This document shows, in pieces, positions 47,923-57,589 of a DNA stretch of 64,000 nt. The stretch lies in NCBI GenBank assembly GCA_045106895.1, contig JBGCFM010000041.1, positions 1 to 64,000 on the forward strand. Direction: 5' to 3'. The notes beneath the pieces are model-generated. The model was not told the origin of the DNA. It searched no databases and saw only the letters and a program-made list of their open reading frames with translations. Position numbers and translations under genes: made by a program. Source of the DNA: Polyangiales bacterium (GTDB lineage: Bacteria; Myxococcota_A; Polyangia; Polyangiales; Houyiibacteriaceae). Each line of letters opens with the position of its first letter. The stretch's first letter is position 1.

Positions 47923-50016
47923 TCAATCGGTGACGGGAGGAAGCTCCAGGACGAGATTGCTGTTCTCGCCGTCCACGGTGAAGCGGCGCGTCACGGGCAA
48001 GTGGCCTCGCTTCGTCGCGCGCACATTCAATACCCGTCCCAGCGGAGCGTCGCGGAGAGTGACCGGCGCGCTCCCAAGGCGCTCGCCCCCCACGTCGATT
48101 TGAGCCCCGCTGGGCTCGCTGTCGATCACCACGTCCGTGCGCAACGGGATGAACACCGCAATGTGGCGTGTGTGTCCCGGCTCCACCTCGAAAGAGCGAC
48201 GCCAGCTCTGGTAGTTGGGCAACGTCGCCTCGATGGTGAGGCGCTGCCCATCGGTGATCTCTTGCTCCAAAAAGAGCGGTGTTCGTCCCTCGATGAGGTC
48301 ACCGTCGACGCGTACGACGGCCCCTTCTGGAACCGACACGAGCTCAATCCGGGTCTCCTCGACCACGGGTGATCGGAGGTTTGCCCAGATCAAGACCACG
48401 ACTCCCATCATGAGTACCAGTGTCATCGGCAGAAGCCAGGAGCGACGGGCACGCAGGGGTCGTGAGGGCGGCAGAGACAGAGGCGCCGGCGGCGCGGAGA
48501 ACACGTCGGAGTCTTCCTTCCACCCACTCAGGTCTGGGACGCTGCCCATCTGTGGAAAGGAGTCGTTCGTCGACGCTGCGATGAACGGCCACGGCGTCGG
48601 GTCGCGCGGCGGCGGCGGCACTGTGATGGGTTGCTCCGCGGATTGACGCGCTGACGCGAGACCTTGCGCGGCTTCCCGCGCGGCCTTCAACCTCGCCTGC
48701 GCGCCGGACTCGACGACGGTGGAGTCGTCCCACTCTTCGTTCGGCGGCGACGTCGTTCGAGCGATCTCCGCTTCCGCGCTGGACGCGTCCTCCCACACGC
48801 CGGTTGCTTCATCATCGATTTGTGAATCCGGCCCGAGCGACGGAAGAGCGTCGCTGGTGGATTCGTCCTCGAAGAGAGCCCTGCGTTTCGCCGCTCCATT
48901 CTCGCCTTCTGACTCTTTGCCGAGGTTCTCGTCCTTGAAGATGATGCTCTTGGTTCGGTCCGGCTGAAACTCCCCGCTCGCCATGGGTTCGGTGGGAATA
49001 CGCACCTTGTCACCGCTCGCTGGCACGAGGACTCGCTCGTCGGAGCTCAGCTCTGCGCCACCGGTGGCGGCCTCCATCTCCTTAGGGAAGAGCTCCGCCA
49101 TCAGTGCCGCCAGCCGAGCCGCCGTGAACGTCGGCATGTAGCGGTAGAGGAACTGGGTCAGCGCCTGAGCCATCGCCTGGCCGCTCTCCCATCGCTCCGA
49201 AGGGTGCTCGTGCAGCGCCTTCATGACGATTGCGTCAAGCTCGGGTGGAACGTCCTTTCGGAACTTCGACGGTGCCTGCACATCCGCCTTGCGAACTTTT
49301 TCCAGGAGCTTCGGAAGGTTGTCGGCCTCGTAGACCATCTCGCCGGTCAGCAGTTCGTGGAGCACGATGCCGGCGCTGAATATGTCGCTGCGTCCATCAA
49401 GTGGGTCCGCCCATGCCTGCTCCGGCGACATGTAGAAGTACTTTCCTTTGATCACACCCGCTTCCGTCTGACCCGTTCGTTGGGCAGCTTTGGCGATTCC
49501 GAAGTCCGCGACCTTCACCTCACCGGAAAACGAAACCAGCACGTTCTGCGGTGACACGTCTCGATGAACGATGTTGAGCGGCTCACCCGAGGGCGCCTTT
49601 TTCCGGTGGGCGTAGTCGAGGCCATGGCAGAGCTCGGACACCATGTACGCGCAGAGATCGACGGGAATGCGGACGTTTTGATCGGTCACGCGACGCAGGA
49701 CTTGAGACGCATCCGCGCCCTCGACGAACTCCATCACGATGAAGTAGTTGTCGTCGATGCACCCCAAATCGAAGGTCTGCGCGACATTTACATGGGTGAG
49801 GAGCACGGAGAGCTTCGCCTCGTCGACGAGCATCTGGATGAAGGTCTGGTCCTCACTAAAGCGAGGGTGGATCACCTTGATGGCGACGAGCTTTTCGAAC
49901 CCACCGATGCCTTCGGCTTTCGCGACATACACCTCGGCCATCCCGCCAACGGCGAGGCGTCGCAAGAGGGTGTACGGCCCAAAAGGACGCGGTAGATCCA
50001 AGACGTCGGGAAACAT
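47923..50016 (-). CDS. Membrane Ser/Thr kinase with two C-terminal PEGA domains
   Basis: GGMAEVY, HRDVSPQN, DFGIAK, YMSPEQ; TM helix; SVPEGAVVRVDG and SEPSGAQIDVGG. Confidence 0.95.
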   Translation of the reverse strand: MFPDVLDLPRPFGPYTLLRRLAVGGMAEVYVAKAEGIGGFEKLVAIKVIHPRFSEDQTFIQMLVDEAKLSVLLTHVNVAQTFDLGCIDDNYFIVMEFVEGADASQVLRRVTDQNVRIPVDLCAYMVSELCHGLDYAHRKKAPSGEPLNIVHRDVSPQNVLVSFSGEVKVADFGIAKAAQRTGQTEAGVIKGKYFYMSPEQAWADPLDGRSDIFSAGIVLHELLTGEMVYEADNLPKLLEKVRKADVQAPSKFRKDVPPELDAIVMKALHEHPSERWESGQAMAQALTQFLYRYMPTFTAARLAALMAELFPKEMEAATGGAELSSDERVLVPASGDKVRIPTEPMASGEFQPDRTKSIIFKDENLGKESEGENGAAKRRALFEDESTSDALPSLGPDSQIDDEATGVWEDASSAEAEIARTTSPPNEEWDDSTVVESGAQARLKAAREAAQGLASARQSAEQPITVPPPPRDPTPWPFIAASTNDSFPQMGSVPDLSGWKEDSDVFSAPPAPLSLPPSRPLRARRSWLLPMTLVLMMGVVVLIWANLRSPVVEETRIELVSVPEGAVVRVDGDLIEGRTPLFLEQEITDGQRLTIEATLPNYQSWRRSFEVEPGHTRHIAVFIPLRTDVVIDSEPSGAQIDVGGERLGSAPVTLRDAPLGRVLNVRATKRGHLPVTRRFTVDGENSNLVLELPPVTD

Positions 50017-50206
50017 CCGCTCTTAGCCAGCAATCCCGATGCGTGGCGGCTCTGGGTAGGTAAACGTCATAGGGCCAAACGGCGCGACAGCCCCTAGAGT
50101 ACGGGGTTTCGGTGCCTGGCGACAAGATTGCCGAATCGCCGCTCCTTCGTATGCTACTACGTGCATGCGGACTCAGCGTGTGCCGAGAGCCGCTGGAGGG
50201 TGAGAG

Positions 50207-50713
50207 ATGACGACGAACGAAGCCCCTGGGATGAAAATCAGTCCCTCCATGCTGGCCGACATCGGACTTTTTGGTGGCCTAGACGACGAAACCCTTGCAG
50301 TCCTCGCCGAGCAGCTCCCACAGGTGCGCGTCGAAGTAGGCGCCACCGTCGTGGCCGAAGGCGACACCGCCCAAGAGATGTTTGTCGTCCTTGGCGGCGA
50401 GCTTGAAGTCGTCAAACGGGGCCCACGTGGCGGAGAAGCCCGTGTTGCCCTCTTCGGGCCCGGCGACTGGTTCGGAGAAATGTCCATCCTCGACGTGGCC
50501 CCACGATCCGCCACGGTCCGTTCCGTGGCCCCGACCCTCTTGCTCCGAGTCACAAACGAAGACCTCGAGCGGCTCCTCTACCGTCGGGCGCCGAAAGCCT
50601 ACAGCCTGCTCATCATGAACATCGCCCGTGAGCTCTCACGGCGCCTGCGAGTCGCGGACGGCATCATCGCCCAGTTCGTCTCCACGGTGAACGACACCTA
50701 CCCCGGCGCCTGA
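50207..50713 (+). CDS. Stand-alone cyclic-nucleotide-binding domain protein
   Basis: EGD..EMFVVLGGELEV and FGEMSILDVAPRSATV; no HTH. Confidence 0.9.
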   Translation: MTTNEAPGMKISPSMLADIGLFGGLDDETLAVLAEQLPQVRVEVGATVVAEGDTAQEMFVVLGGELEVVKRGPRGGEARVALFGPGDWFGEMSILDVAPRSATVRSVAPTLLLRVTNEDLERLLYRRAPKAYSLLIMNIARELSRRLRVADGIIAQFVSTVNDTYPGA

Positions 50714-50787
50714 CGACGGACAGAGCGCAGTTTAGAGCCGCCGAGAGGCGGCTGTCATCCCCGAATCCGAGAGCTTTCCCGACGATT

Positions 50788-50882
50788 CTTCGTCCAGCGC
50801 TTCGCTGGCAAGGCGACCGGAGCGAAGGCGACTCTTGTCGCTGAGCGGAAGGGCAACGCAGCCAGCGGAGTGCTGGGCGGAG
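50788..50882 (+). repeat. Intergenic long-stem palindromic element (ERIC/MITE-like)
   Basis: 22-nt arms (50788-50809, 50861-50882) pair fully with 4 G-T wobbles; inner AAGGCG...CAACGCA and hairpin GGCGAC-tctt-GTCGCT. Confidence 0.7.
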
Positions 50883-50888
50883 TGAACG

Positions 50889-51749
50889 CTAGATGACGGT
50901 GCGGGGGGACCAAGTCCCCCGACTCTCTTCGCGCTCTTTGTATGCCTCGAGAATAATCGTCGCCGTCTCTTCAATGGCCCGGTTCGTCACATTGACGGTC
51001 ATCCAGCCAGGGTTCTTCTTGAAGATCGCGTGGGCGAAATCGAGCTCTGTTCGCACGTGGTTTCGCAGCCCGTAGTTTGCGTCGACGGGCATTCCAAGCT
51101 GCGCCAAACGCTCTTTTCGGATCTCCAAGAGCAGGTCGAGCTCGATGGTCAGGGCGACGACCTTGTGGGGCGGAACCTCGTAAAGCTCTTCGGGTGGCTC
51201 CACGCCCATGACGAGGGGCACATTCGCGACCTTGAGGCCACGACCCGCCAAGTAGGTGGAGAGCGGAGTCTTCGACGTTCGGCTCACCCCTGTCAGGATA
51301 ATGTCTGCTTTGCGAAGGTTTCGAGGCTCTTTGCCGTCATCACTCTTCACCGCAAACTCGATGGCCTCCACTCGGCGGAAGTACTCCTCCGAAAGTGACA
51401 TCTGCGCCGTCGGAATGTTGAGGGGCGTAGCCTCGAGGAACGTGCCGACCTTGTGGATGAGCGAGCCGATGACGTCGACGCACTCCACGCCACGCTCACG
51501 CGAACTCTGAAAGAGGTAGTCGCGGAGGGCGGGTCTGACGAGTGTAAAGACAACCATCGCTCCGGCATCGAAGGCCTTCGCGACGACTTCCTGAACAGCT
51601 TGCTCGTCACGGACACGCGTAAAAAGGCGTACCCGAACACGCTCCTCCGGGAACTGAAGCAACGCCGCACGTACGACACGCTCAGCGGTTTCACCGGTAG
51701 AATCGCTGACGACAAAAATCAGGCGGCGCTGTGTCGCGTCTTCACTCAT
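50889..51749 (-). CDS. PEP synthase/pyruvate dikinase regulatory kinase-pyrophosphorylase (PSRP, DUF299)
   Basis: VSDSTGETAE, YFRRVEAIEFAVKSDDG, GVSRTSKTPLS, ANVPL, AIEETA. Confidence 0.95.
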   Translation of the reverse strand: MSEDATQRRLIFVVSDSTGETAERVVRAALLQFPEERVRVRLFTRVRDEQAVQEVVAKAFDAGAMVVFTLVRPALRDYLFQSSRERGVECVDVIGSLIHKVGTFLEATPLNIPTAQMSLSEEYFRRVEAIEFAVKSDDGKEPRNLRKADIILTGVSRTSKTPLSTYLAGRGLKVANVPLVMGVEPPEELYEVPPHKVVALTIELDLLLEIRKERLAQLGMPVDANYGLRNHVRTELDFAHAIFKKNPGWMTVNVTNRAIEETATIILEAYKEREESRGTWSPRTVI

Positions 51750-51785
51750 GCTGGCGCTCCATTTTAGCGAACATACAACGCGACG

Positions 51786-51803
51786 CGCCTGTAAGGACAG
51801 GCG
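51786..51803 (-). terminator. Hairpin just downstream of the small basic ORF
   Basis: CGCCTGT-aagg-ACAGGCG, 7 nt beyond the TAA. Confidence 0.5.
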
Positions 51804-51810
51804 AGTTTTC

Positions 51811-51954
51811 TTAGCGCTTGTTGAGGCGCTTACCGAGCTTCTTGCCGGCCATGCGGTTGACGCGGCGGCGGTTCTTCGCGGCGCGCGCGGCCTTGCGGCG
51901 GCTGTTCTTGCTGCGGTTAGAGATGCGGGATTTGTTGTTGATGTTGAGGTACAT
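51811..51954 (-). CDS. 47-aa very basic small protein (absent from the ORF track)
   Basis: MYLNINNKSRISNRSKNSRRKAARAAKNRRRVNRMAGKKLGKRLNKR; 19 K+R, no D/E; strong AAC/CGC/AAG codon bias. Confidence 0.8.
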   Translation of the reverse strand: MYLNINNKSRISNRSKNSRRKAARAAKNRRRVNRMAGKKLGKRLNKR

Positions 51955-52055
51955 AATCTACGTCCGAAGGAGCCGGGTCTAAGCGATCAGAGAGGTCGCC
52001 GCAAGGTCTTCTGCGCTTTCGACGCACTTTGACTCAAAAGAAGAACACCCGGCTT

Positions 52056-52091
52056 AAAGAAAAAGACCCCCACCCGATGGGTGGAGGTCTC
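52056..52091 (-). terminator. Intrinsic terminator of the Cys-rich lipoprotein gene
   Basis: Minus strand AGACCTCCACCC-atc-GGGTGGGGGTCT followed by a T-run. Confidence 0.8.
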
Positions 52092-52111
52092 GTTTCTACG
52101 TTAGGTAGGGT

Positions 52112-53794
52112 TCAGCCTGCAGGCGTGCAGGTACCGGACTCCATAGCCGTCGCACCTTCGCAGGTCTGACCGCTTGGGCACTGCTCGGTGGTCGCGCAGC
52201 CAGGGAAGCAGACGTTGACGCCTTCGAGGACGTCGTCACGACAAGCGATGTTCTCGCCTTCGCAGAGGTCGCCGTCCACGTTGCCCTCGGCGTCGTCGCA
52301 GCGCTCAAGGCAGAGGCCGAATGGATCCTCAGCGGAGCCGAAGTTGCCACAGACGTTCTCGCCGCCACACACGTTCGCCGTCGACGCTGGGTCGAAGAAC
52401 GGAGCGGTGCAGTCGTTGACGGTGCAGTAGCCGAACTCGTCGAGGTCGTCGAAGCGGATGCATCGAGCCTGGCCGAATGGACCGAAGCAGTCGTCGGAGG
52501 TGTCACAAGCAGCACCAACGTTTGGCTCCGCCACTTCGTTGAACGTGGATGGGAGGCAGACGCCGTTGTTGGCGACGCCGTGTCCGCCAACGCCGTTCCA
52601 GAAGCAGCCGTAGTTCTCGCGGCAGCCGCCGTTGCCCGTTGCTGGGTCAACCCAAGTAGCCGTGTCTTCTGGGTCAGCGCCGGCGCCGACGGTGCAGCCT
52701 TCAAGGCAAGCCGTCACACCGAGGCCGCGCTCCTGGCAGACGCCGTCGTTTGCACACTCGTTGCCAACAACGTCACAACCGAGCTTGATGCAAGCTCCGC
52801 CGGTCCAGGTGATGTCGCAGACGCCGTCGCCGTTACCGGTGATGGCATCGACGCACTGGGTGTCGTCAACACAGTCGACGTCGTCGTTCGTGGAGCAAGT
52901 TCCGCCCTCTTCAATGCAGCGTCCGCCTTCTTCGCAGTCAGCGTTGCTGTCACACTCGTCGCCGCCGGACGCGCCTGGCGTCGAAGGTGCGCCGGTGCAC
53001 TCGAAGGTGTCGGGGTTGCAGACAGCTGCGGAATCGGTGTCGTAGACAAGAGCGTCGAAGTTGTTCGCGCTTCCGCCACACTGCTCAGGAGTTGCCATGC
53101 AGTCCTGTGGAGTCTGGATTCCGCCGATGCCGTTCGTGTCCTCGCGAGTCACGCGACACTCGGTGTCCGTGGTGCAACCGAGAGGGAGACAGACTGCCTC
53201 CGTAAGGGAGCAGCTGTAGTTGTCGCGGCATCCGCCGTTGTCGGTGGTGCTTGGCTCACAGTTGCGGAGACACATCGTCACGCCGCCGAGGTCGACACAG
53301 CTGCCGCAGTCGCCGCATGCTGTCTCTTCTTCGTCGTTGGCGTCACAAGCTTCCGGCGTACCGGTCGTCTGGATGCCGCGTGGGGTGCACATGCCATCAG
53401 TGAAGATCGCGCTTGGGTATGGGTCTTCGCCAGCAGGGGCGTCGGTGATGGGGTCTGTGCCGCCGCCGGTCGTGAAGGCGCGCTCGGCCTCACAAACGAA
53501 GCCAGCCTGGAGGCAGCCGCGATCGGGCGTGCACTCAACATCGTAGTCTGCGCAGGACGGTGGAGGACCCGTGTCGATGCCGACGTCGGGCTGTGGGCCG
53601 GCATCTGGGACGTCTGGCTGCGGGCCAGCGTCGAACATCGTCGGGACGTCGAGTCCGCCGCCGTCGCTAGGCGGAAGTACGCAAGCCGTACCGTCCGCGT
53701 TAGGAACAAAACCATCGGGGCACACGCTCCCGTCGTCGTCTCCACAACCAAATGCCAACAATGTGACAATACTCAAGCCAATGAATCTCTTCAT
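52112..53794 (-). CDS. Large Cys/Asp-rich lipoprotein
   Basis: Lipobox LLAFGC, GGAGG RBS, repeated PDAGP linker, many CxxDxxC modules. Confidence 0.88.
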   Translation of the reverse strand: MKRFIGLSIVTLLAFGCGDDDGSVCPDGFVPNADGTACVLPPSDGGGLDVPTMFDAGPQPDVPDAGPQPDVGIDTGPPPSCADYDVECTPDRGCLQAGFVCEAERAFTTGGGTDPITDAPAGEDPYPSAIFTDGMCTPRGIQTTGTPEACDANDEEETACGDCGSCVDLGGVTMCLRNCEPSTTDNGGCRDNYSCSLTEAVCLPLGCTTDTECRVTREDTNGIGGIQTPQDCMATPEQCGGSANNFDALVYDTDSAAVCNPDTFECTGAPSTPGASGGDECDSNADCEEGGRCIEEGGTCSTNDDVDCVDDTQCVDAITGNGDGVCDITWTGGACIKLGCDVVGNECANDGVCQERGLGVTACLEGCTVGAGADPEDTATWVDPATGNGGCRENYGCFWNGVGGHGVANNGVCLPSTFNEVAEPNVGAACDTSDDCFGPFGQARCIRFDDLDEFGYCTVNDCTAPFFDPASTANVCGGENVCGNFGSAEDPFGLCLERCDDAEGNVDGDLCEGENIACRDDVLEGVNVCFPGCATTEQCPSGQTCEGATAMESGTCTPAG

Positions 53795-53850
53795 TCTATC
53801 CTCCAATTAATACTTTCCACCGACCGCTAAACGTGGGGCAAAGGCGGCGA

Positions 53851-53879
53851 AACCTAGCTGTCACCCCTTACAAGGTCAA
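53851..53879 (-). promoter_or_regulatory. Putative sigma70 promoter of the Cys-rich lipoprotein gene
   Basis: TTGACC, 17 nt, TAGGTT on the minus strand. Confidence 0.5.
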
Positions 53880-53964
53880 GGCATGCGACGTTCGGCGCAA
53901 GTCAGGGAGCAATTTTGTCCCTTCTTCGCCCTCCCAAACATCGGGGAATACGAGAAAAGCGCGT

Positions 53965-54615
53965 CTAGTCGCGCGTATGGCCCAAAACCCGGCGGAGAGC
54001 GGCGAGGTAGCCCTCGTGGGTCAAAACACCTGCGTCCACCAAAGCCAGGAGCAACGCGCGGTGTCGTTGCGCCATCGTCGCCTCGTCTTCGATTCGATGA
54101 AGAGGCTGTGTCGCCGAGGCTTCAAAGGCGATCCCTTCGACTCGCTGCGTCGTTTCCGATGAGATCGGCGCTGGAGATGCATCGACGGGCGGTGGCCCAT
54201 AGTGACGTGTGAGGCTCTCACGAAGCTCACCGAGAGGCGCCACCAGAGGTTCAATGCCTCGGCCGGTGACTTCTTTGATGGCACGAAGCGCCGTACGGTC
54301 GAGTGGGTCGGCGAAGGCGACGGAGAGGCTGGCTCCCGCCGGCGCGATGGGAATCAGCAGGTGGCGCCAGGCGAGCTCGGCGCCGATGAGCGGCAGCACG
54401 GTGACGTCCAATTCCCCGCGGCCGAGCTCAACGACGACGGTGCCCACGGCCTCAGCGAGGCGTTCCGCCAACGCATCTGGCTCCGCAAGCCCCCGCTCGA
54501 CCAACACCTGAACGAGGGCAACGGCTTCCTGCTGAGCGATGCCGCGGGCCGCTTCGCATTGGGCAGCATCTCCACCGAGGGCGATGGCAAGCGTCGCGGC
54601 GTCTTCGTTGGCCAT
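53965..54615 (-). CDS. Stand-alone GSPII_N (T2SS-E/PilB N-terminal) domain protein
   Basis: LAWRHLLIPI...LSVAFADPLD..ALRAIKEVTG..IEPLVA...LTRHY; no ATPase domain. Confidence 0.8.
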   Translation of the reverse strand: MANEDAATLAIALGGDAAQCEAARGIAQQEAVALVQVLVERGLAEPDALAERLAEAVGTVVVELGRGELDVTVLPLIGAELAWRHLLIPIAPAGASLSVAFADPLDRTALRAIKEVTGRGIEPLVAPLGELRESLTRHYGPPPVDASPAPISSETTQRVEGIAFEASATQPLHRIEDEATMAQRHRALLLALVDAGVLTHEGYLAALRRVLGHTRD

Positions 54616-54761
54616 GGGCGCACTATAGTATGGGGTGTCCCCAAGATGGAGCTTTTGCGGTGGGCGCCGGCGTCCCGCGGCGGAGGAGCCCTCTCGAGTG
54701 ACGTGATCTGCGAGACAAACCCGCAAATCGGGACGGAACAAGGCGTGCGACAGCCTAGAAT

Positions 54762-57020
54762 GTGCTGCTTTTCCTCGCCCTCTCCTTTTTCGCGGGTCTC
54801 GCCCTCCGGCAAGGCTTCGATGTCGGAGCACCTGCGGCGGCACTTGGCGTCGTCCTCTGCCTTCTGTGTCTCTACTTGGCCCACCTCGTCAGAGCCCGAT
54901 CGTGGGTCTTATTGGCGGGGCTCGCTGGGCTCTTGGCGGGCGCTTCTTTGCCCGTCGCCAGTGGTCACGCAGCAGCACCAGGCCTTTTGCGAAGCGAGTG
55001 CCGCGTGCTTCGGCACGCGGGCAGCGGCGCGCTCGTCGAGGTGCAGCGAGCGGAATACGTCGGAGACCCACGCCCTGCCCCCAGCGCTCGCACTCGACTG
55101 TGGGTGCGCAGCCTGGACGCTCCCGTAGGGACAACGCTGCGTCTCCTTCTTCAGGTGCGCGCTCCTTCCCGCTTCCGAAGTCCCTCGCCGCACGATCCTT
55201 GGCCTGCCTTGCGTGTCGACGGGTTTGCACGCCTACGCGCGCCGGCGGAGGTGCTCCATGCGCCGTCCGGGAGCGCGCTTCTCCATCGGGCCCGAGGCGC
55301 TCTTGGTGCACGCCTCGACGCGACGCTGGCCCCGAGCGCCGCGTCCCTCGCTCGCGCGCTCCTGCTCGGCCAAGGAAGCGCTCTCGCCACAGAGCAACGA
55401 GATGCGTTTCGAGGCGCTGGGCTGAGCCACCTCTTAGCCGTGAGTGGGCTCCACGTTGGCCTCGTCGTCGGCGCGCTCTTCGCCCTGCTCCGCTGGCTCT
55501 TCCGCCGCCGTCGCGATCCCGAACGCGCCGCGGCACTCCACGTCATTCCCATGACACTCGGTTTTGCGCTCATGGCGGGTGGCGCGCCGAGCGTTTGGCG
55601 AGCCGCGCTGATGGCCACGGCCGTGCTCGTGTGCCGCGCGCTACGGCGCCGCCCTCGAGCCATCCCCACACTGGCGTTCGCGGCGCTCGTCTTCGCCATT
55701 CTCAACCCCGAGTCCGTGTTGCGCCCGGCGTTCCTCCTCTCTCTCGTGGCGACGCTGAGCATCGTGACCGCGGATCTACGTGGCGGCGCACTGCGAAGCG
55801 CTGTTCGCGTCAGCGTGCGCAGCACCCTCGCGACCTTGCCCCTGGTGCTCTGGTGCTTCGAGGGCGTGCCGCTTCTCGGTGTGCTGGCAAATCTCGTCGT
55901 CGTCCCCATCGCTGTGTTTGCCCTCGTGCCCCTCGCTTTTGTGCATGCCCTCGCGGCGTCCCTGGGAGTCGCCCACCTCAGCGCGCCACCCTTCGAGCTT
56001 GCTTGCTCCGCGTGCACGGCGCTGAGCGCGCTCTTCGAATCCACGTGGGTGGTGCCCCCACCCTCGAACCTCCAGGGCGTCATCCTGGCGCTGCTTTCCG
56101 TCGGCCTTCTCTGGGCAAAGTCTTGGCGGCGCACCGCGCTGATTGTTTTGGTCGGGACCTTCGCGCTCGTCGGCGCCGAGGCCTGGCTGCGTTACAGCGA
56201 GGCTAAGCCCGGCCGACTACGAGTCACATTCGTGGATGTGGGTCAGGGAGACGGCGCCCTCGTTGACCTACCCAATGGTCAGCTGCTGCTCGTCGATGCC
56301 GCGGGAGGAACCCCCGACGCCGGACGTGAGGCGATGCTGCCCCTCCTCCGCGCGAGACGACGCAGCCGCGTGGACCTCGCCATCATCACGCACCCGCACC
56401 CAGACCACTACGGCGGACTCGCCGCCATCGCCGACGCGATGCCCATCGACGAGGCGTGGGCGAGCGGCCAGGGTTGGGACGAAGCCCCACATGGTCCGGC
56501 CGCAGCGCTTCTCCGGCGACTGCGACGGGAGGGCACCCACGTCCGCTTTCCGCCGGACTTCTGCGGGGAAGAACGAAGACTTGGCGAAGTACTTATCGAA
56601 GTGCGTTGGCCTTGCCCGCGCTTCGACGCAGGGTTCGATGCAAACGACAATTCCATCGTCGTGAGGCTGCGCTACGGCGAGCGGAGTATTCTCTTCACCG
56701 GGGACATCGAACGCGAAGCGGAGGCGCGGCTTGCAGACCAAGACCTTCGCGCGGAGATCCTCAAAGTCCCTCATCACGGCTCTCGCACATCATCCACGAG
56801 CGACTTTCTCGACGCCGTCGCGCCCGAGTTTGCCGTGGCGAGTTGCGGCCGATTCAACTCGTTTGGGCACCCGCACGCCGAGGTGGTTTCACGCTACCGT
56901 CGGAGGACTGTTCCGCTGTGGCGCACCGCCGAAGACGGCGGCGTCATCGTTCAGACCGAGGGCGAGAGCTGGGAGGCGTTTAGCGCCGCACGCCAAGTCT
57001 CTTGGCTGCCCACTCGCTAG
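54762..57020 (+). CDS. comEC: DNA-uptake competence protein ComEC/Rec2
   Basis: GLSHLLAVSGLHV, PSVWRA, FVDVGQGD, THPHPDHYGG, NDNSIV, LKVPHHGS, FGHPH. Confidence 0.95.
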   Translation: MLLFLALSFFAGLALRQGFDVGAPAAALGVVLCLLCLYLAHLVRARSWVLLAGLAGLLAGASLPVASGHAAAPGLLRSECRVLRHAGSGALVEVQRAEYVGDPRPAPSARTRLWVRSLDAPVGTTLRLLLQVRAPSRFRSPSPHDPWPALRVDGFARLRAPAEVLHAPSGSALLHRARGALGARLDATLAPSAASLARALLLGQGSALATEQRDAFRGAGLSHLLAVSGLHVGLVVGALFALLRWLFRRRRDPERAAALHVIPMTLGFALMAGGAPSVWRAALMATAVLVCRALRRRPRAIPTLAFAALVFAILNPESVLRPAFLLSLVATLSIVTADLRGGALRSAVRVSVRSTLATLPLVLWCFEGVPLLGVLANLVVVPIAVFALVPLAFVHALAASLGVAHLSAPPFELACSACTALSALFESTWVVPPPSNLQGVILALLSVGLLWAKSWRRTALIVLVGTFALVGAEAWLRYSEAKPGRLRVTFVDVGQGDGALVDLPNGQLLLVDAAGGTPDAGREAMLPLLRARRRSRVDLAIITHPHPDHYGGLAAIADAMPIDEAWASGQGWDEAPHGPAAALLRRLRREGTHVRFPPDFCGEERRLGEVLIEVRWPCPRFDAGFDANDNSIVVRLRYGERSILFTGDIEREAEARLADQDLRAEILKVPHHGSRTSSTSDFLDAVAPEFAVASCGRFNSFGHPHAEVVSRYRRRTVPLWRTAEDGGVIVQTEGESWEAFSAARQVSWLPTR

Positions 57021-57484
57021 AACGAGTCGCAACCGGCGAAGTGGAGTTCGCCGGAGACTCCCGCCGTGCCGTCCGGGCCAAACAGACCTGAACAGTCGAC
57101 CTCCGCTGCGAAAACACCATCGCATTCATCGCTGTAAAGCACGTCTATTTCGCACTCCCCATTCATGTACACAGCGCCATCCACGGATACCTGGACGCCC
57201 GTCGCCTCCGGGGTGACAAACAGGAAAAAGTCCGTGAGACCTTCCTGTCCACTTCCCGGGCGAGTGATTCCAGCATTGAGGCTTTCCCCATCAAAGTTGC
57301 AATACCCCGCAAACACATCGCCGCCGCCGGAGGTAGCTAGATTGGTGGTCTCGGGAAACGAGAAGACGTGGTCGGCGCCGTTCGCATTCGCCGTTACGTC
57401 GCCTCGGACAGACAGCTCGTCACCACCACAGGCCACCTGAAGAAGAATGGCGAACAAGAACGAGAGGCGGATCGGGGTTTTCAT
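57017..57484 (-). CDS. Hypothetical lipoprotein
   Basis: Lipoprotein signal MKTPIRLSFLFAILLQVAC. Confidence 0.75.
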   Translation of the reverse strand: MKTPIRLSFLFAILLQVACGGDELSVRGDVTANANGADHVFSFPETTNLATSGGGDVFAGYCNFDGESLNAGITRPGSGQEGLTDFFLFVTPEATGVQVSVDGAVYMNGECEIDVLYSDECDGVFAAEVDCSGLFGPDGTAGVSGELHFAGCDSF

Positions 57485-57589
57485 GACGAACAGCTTATCC
57501 AAGAGTCATGCCAAACGAAAGTACCGATAAACAGGGCAATGACTCACGAAAGTGACGCCGTTCGTTCACACTTTGTCCGACCTTTGGTC

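Noticed and set aside
51748..52032. 94-aa + strand ORF
   Set aside because: Shadow of the minus-strand 47-aa basic ORF, which has far better codon bias and flanking signals.
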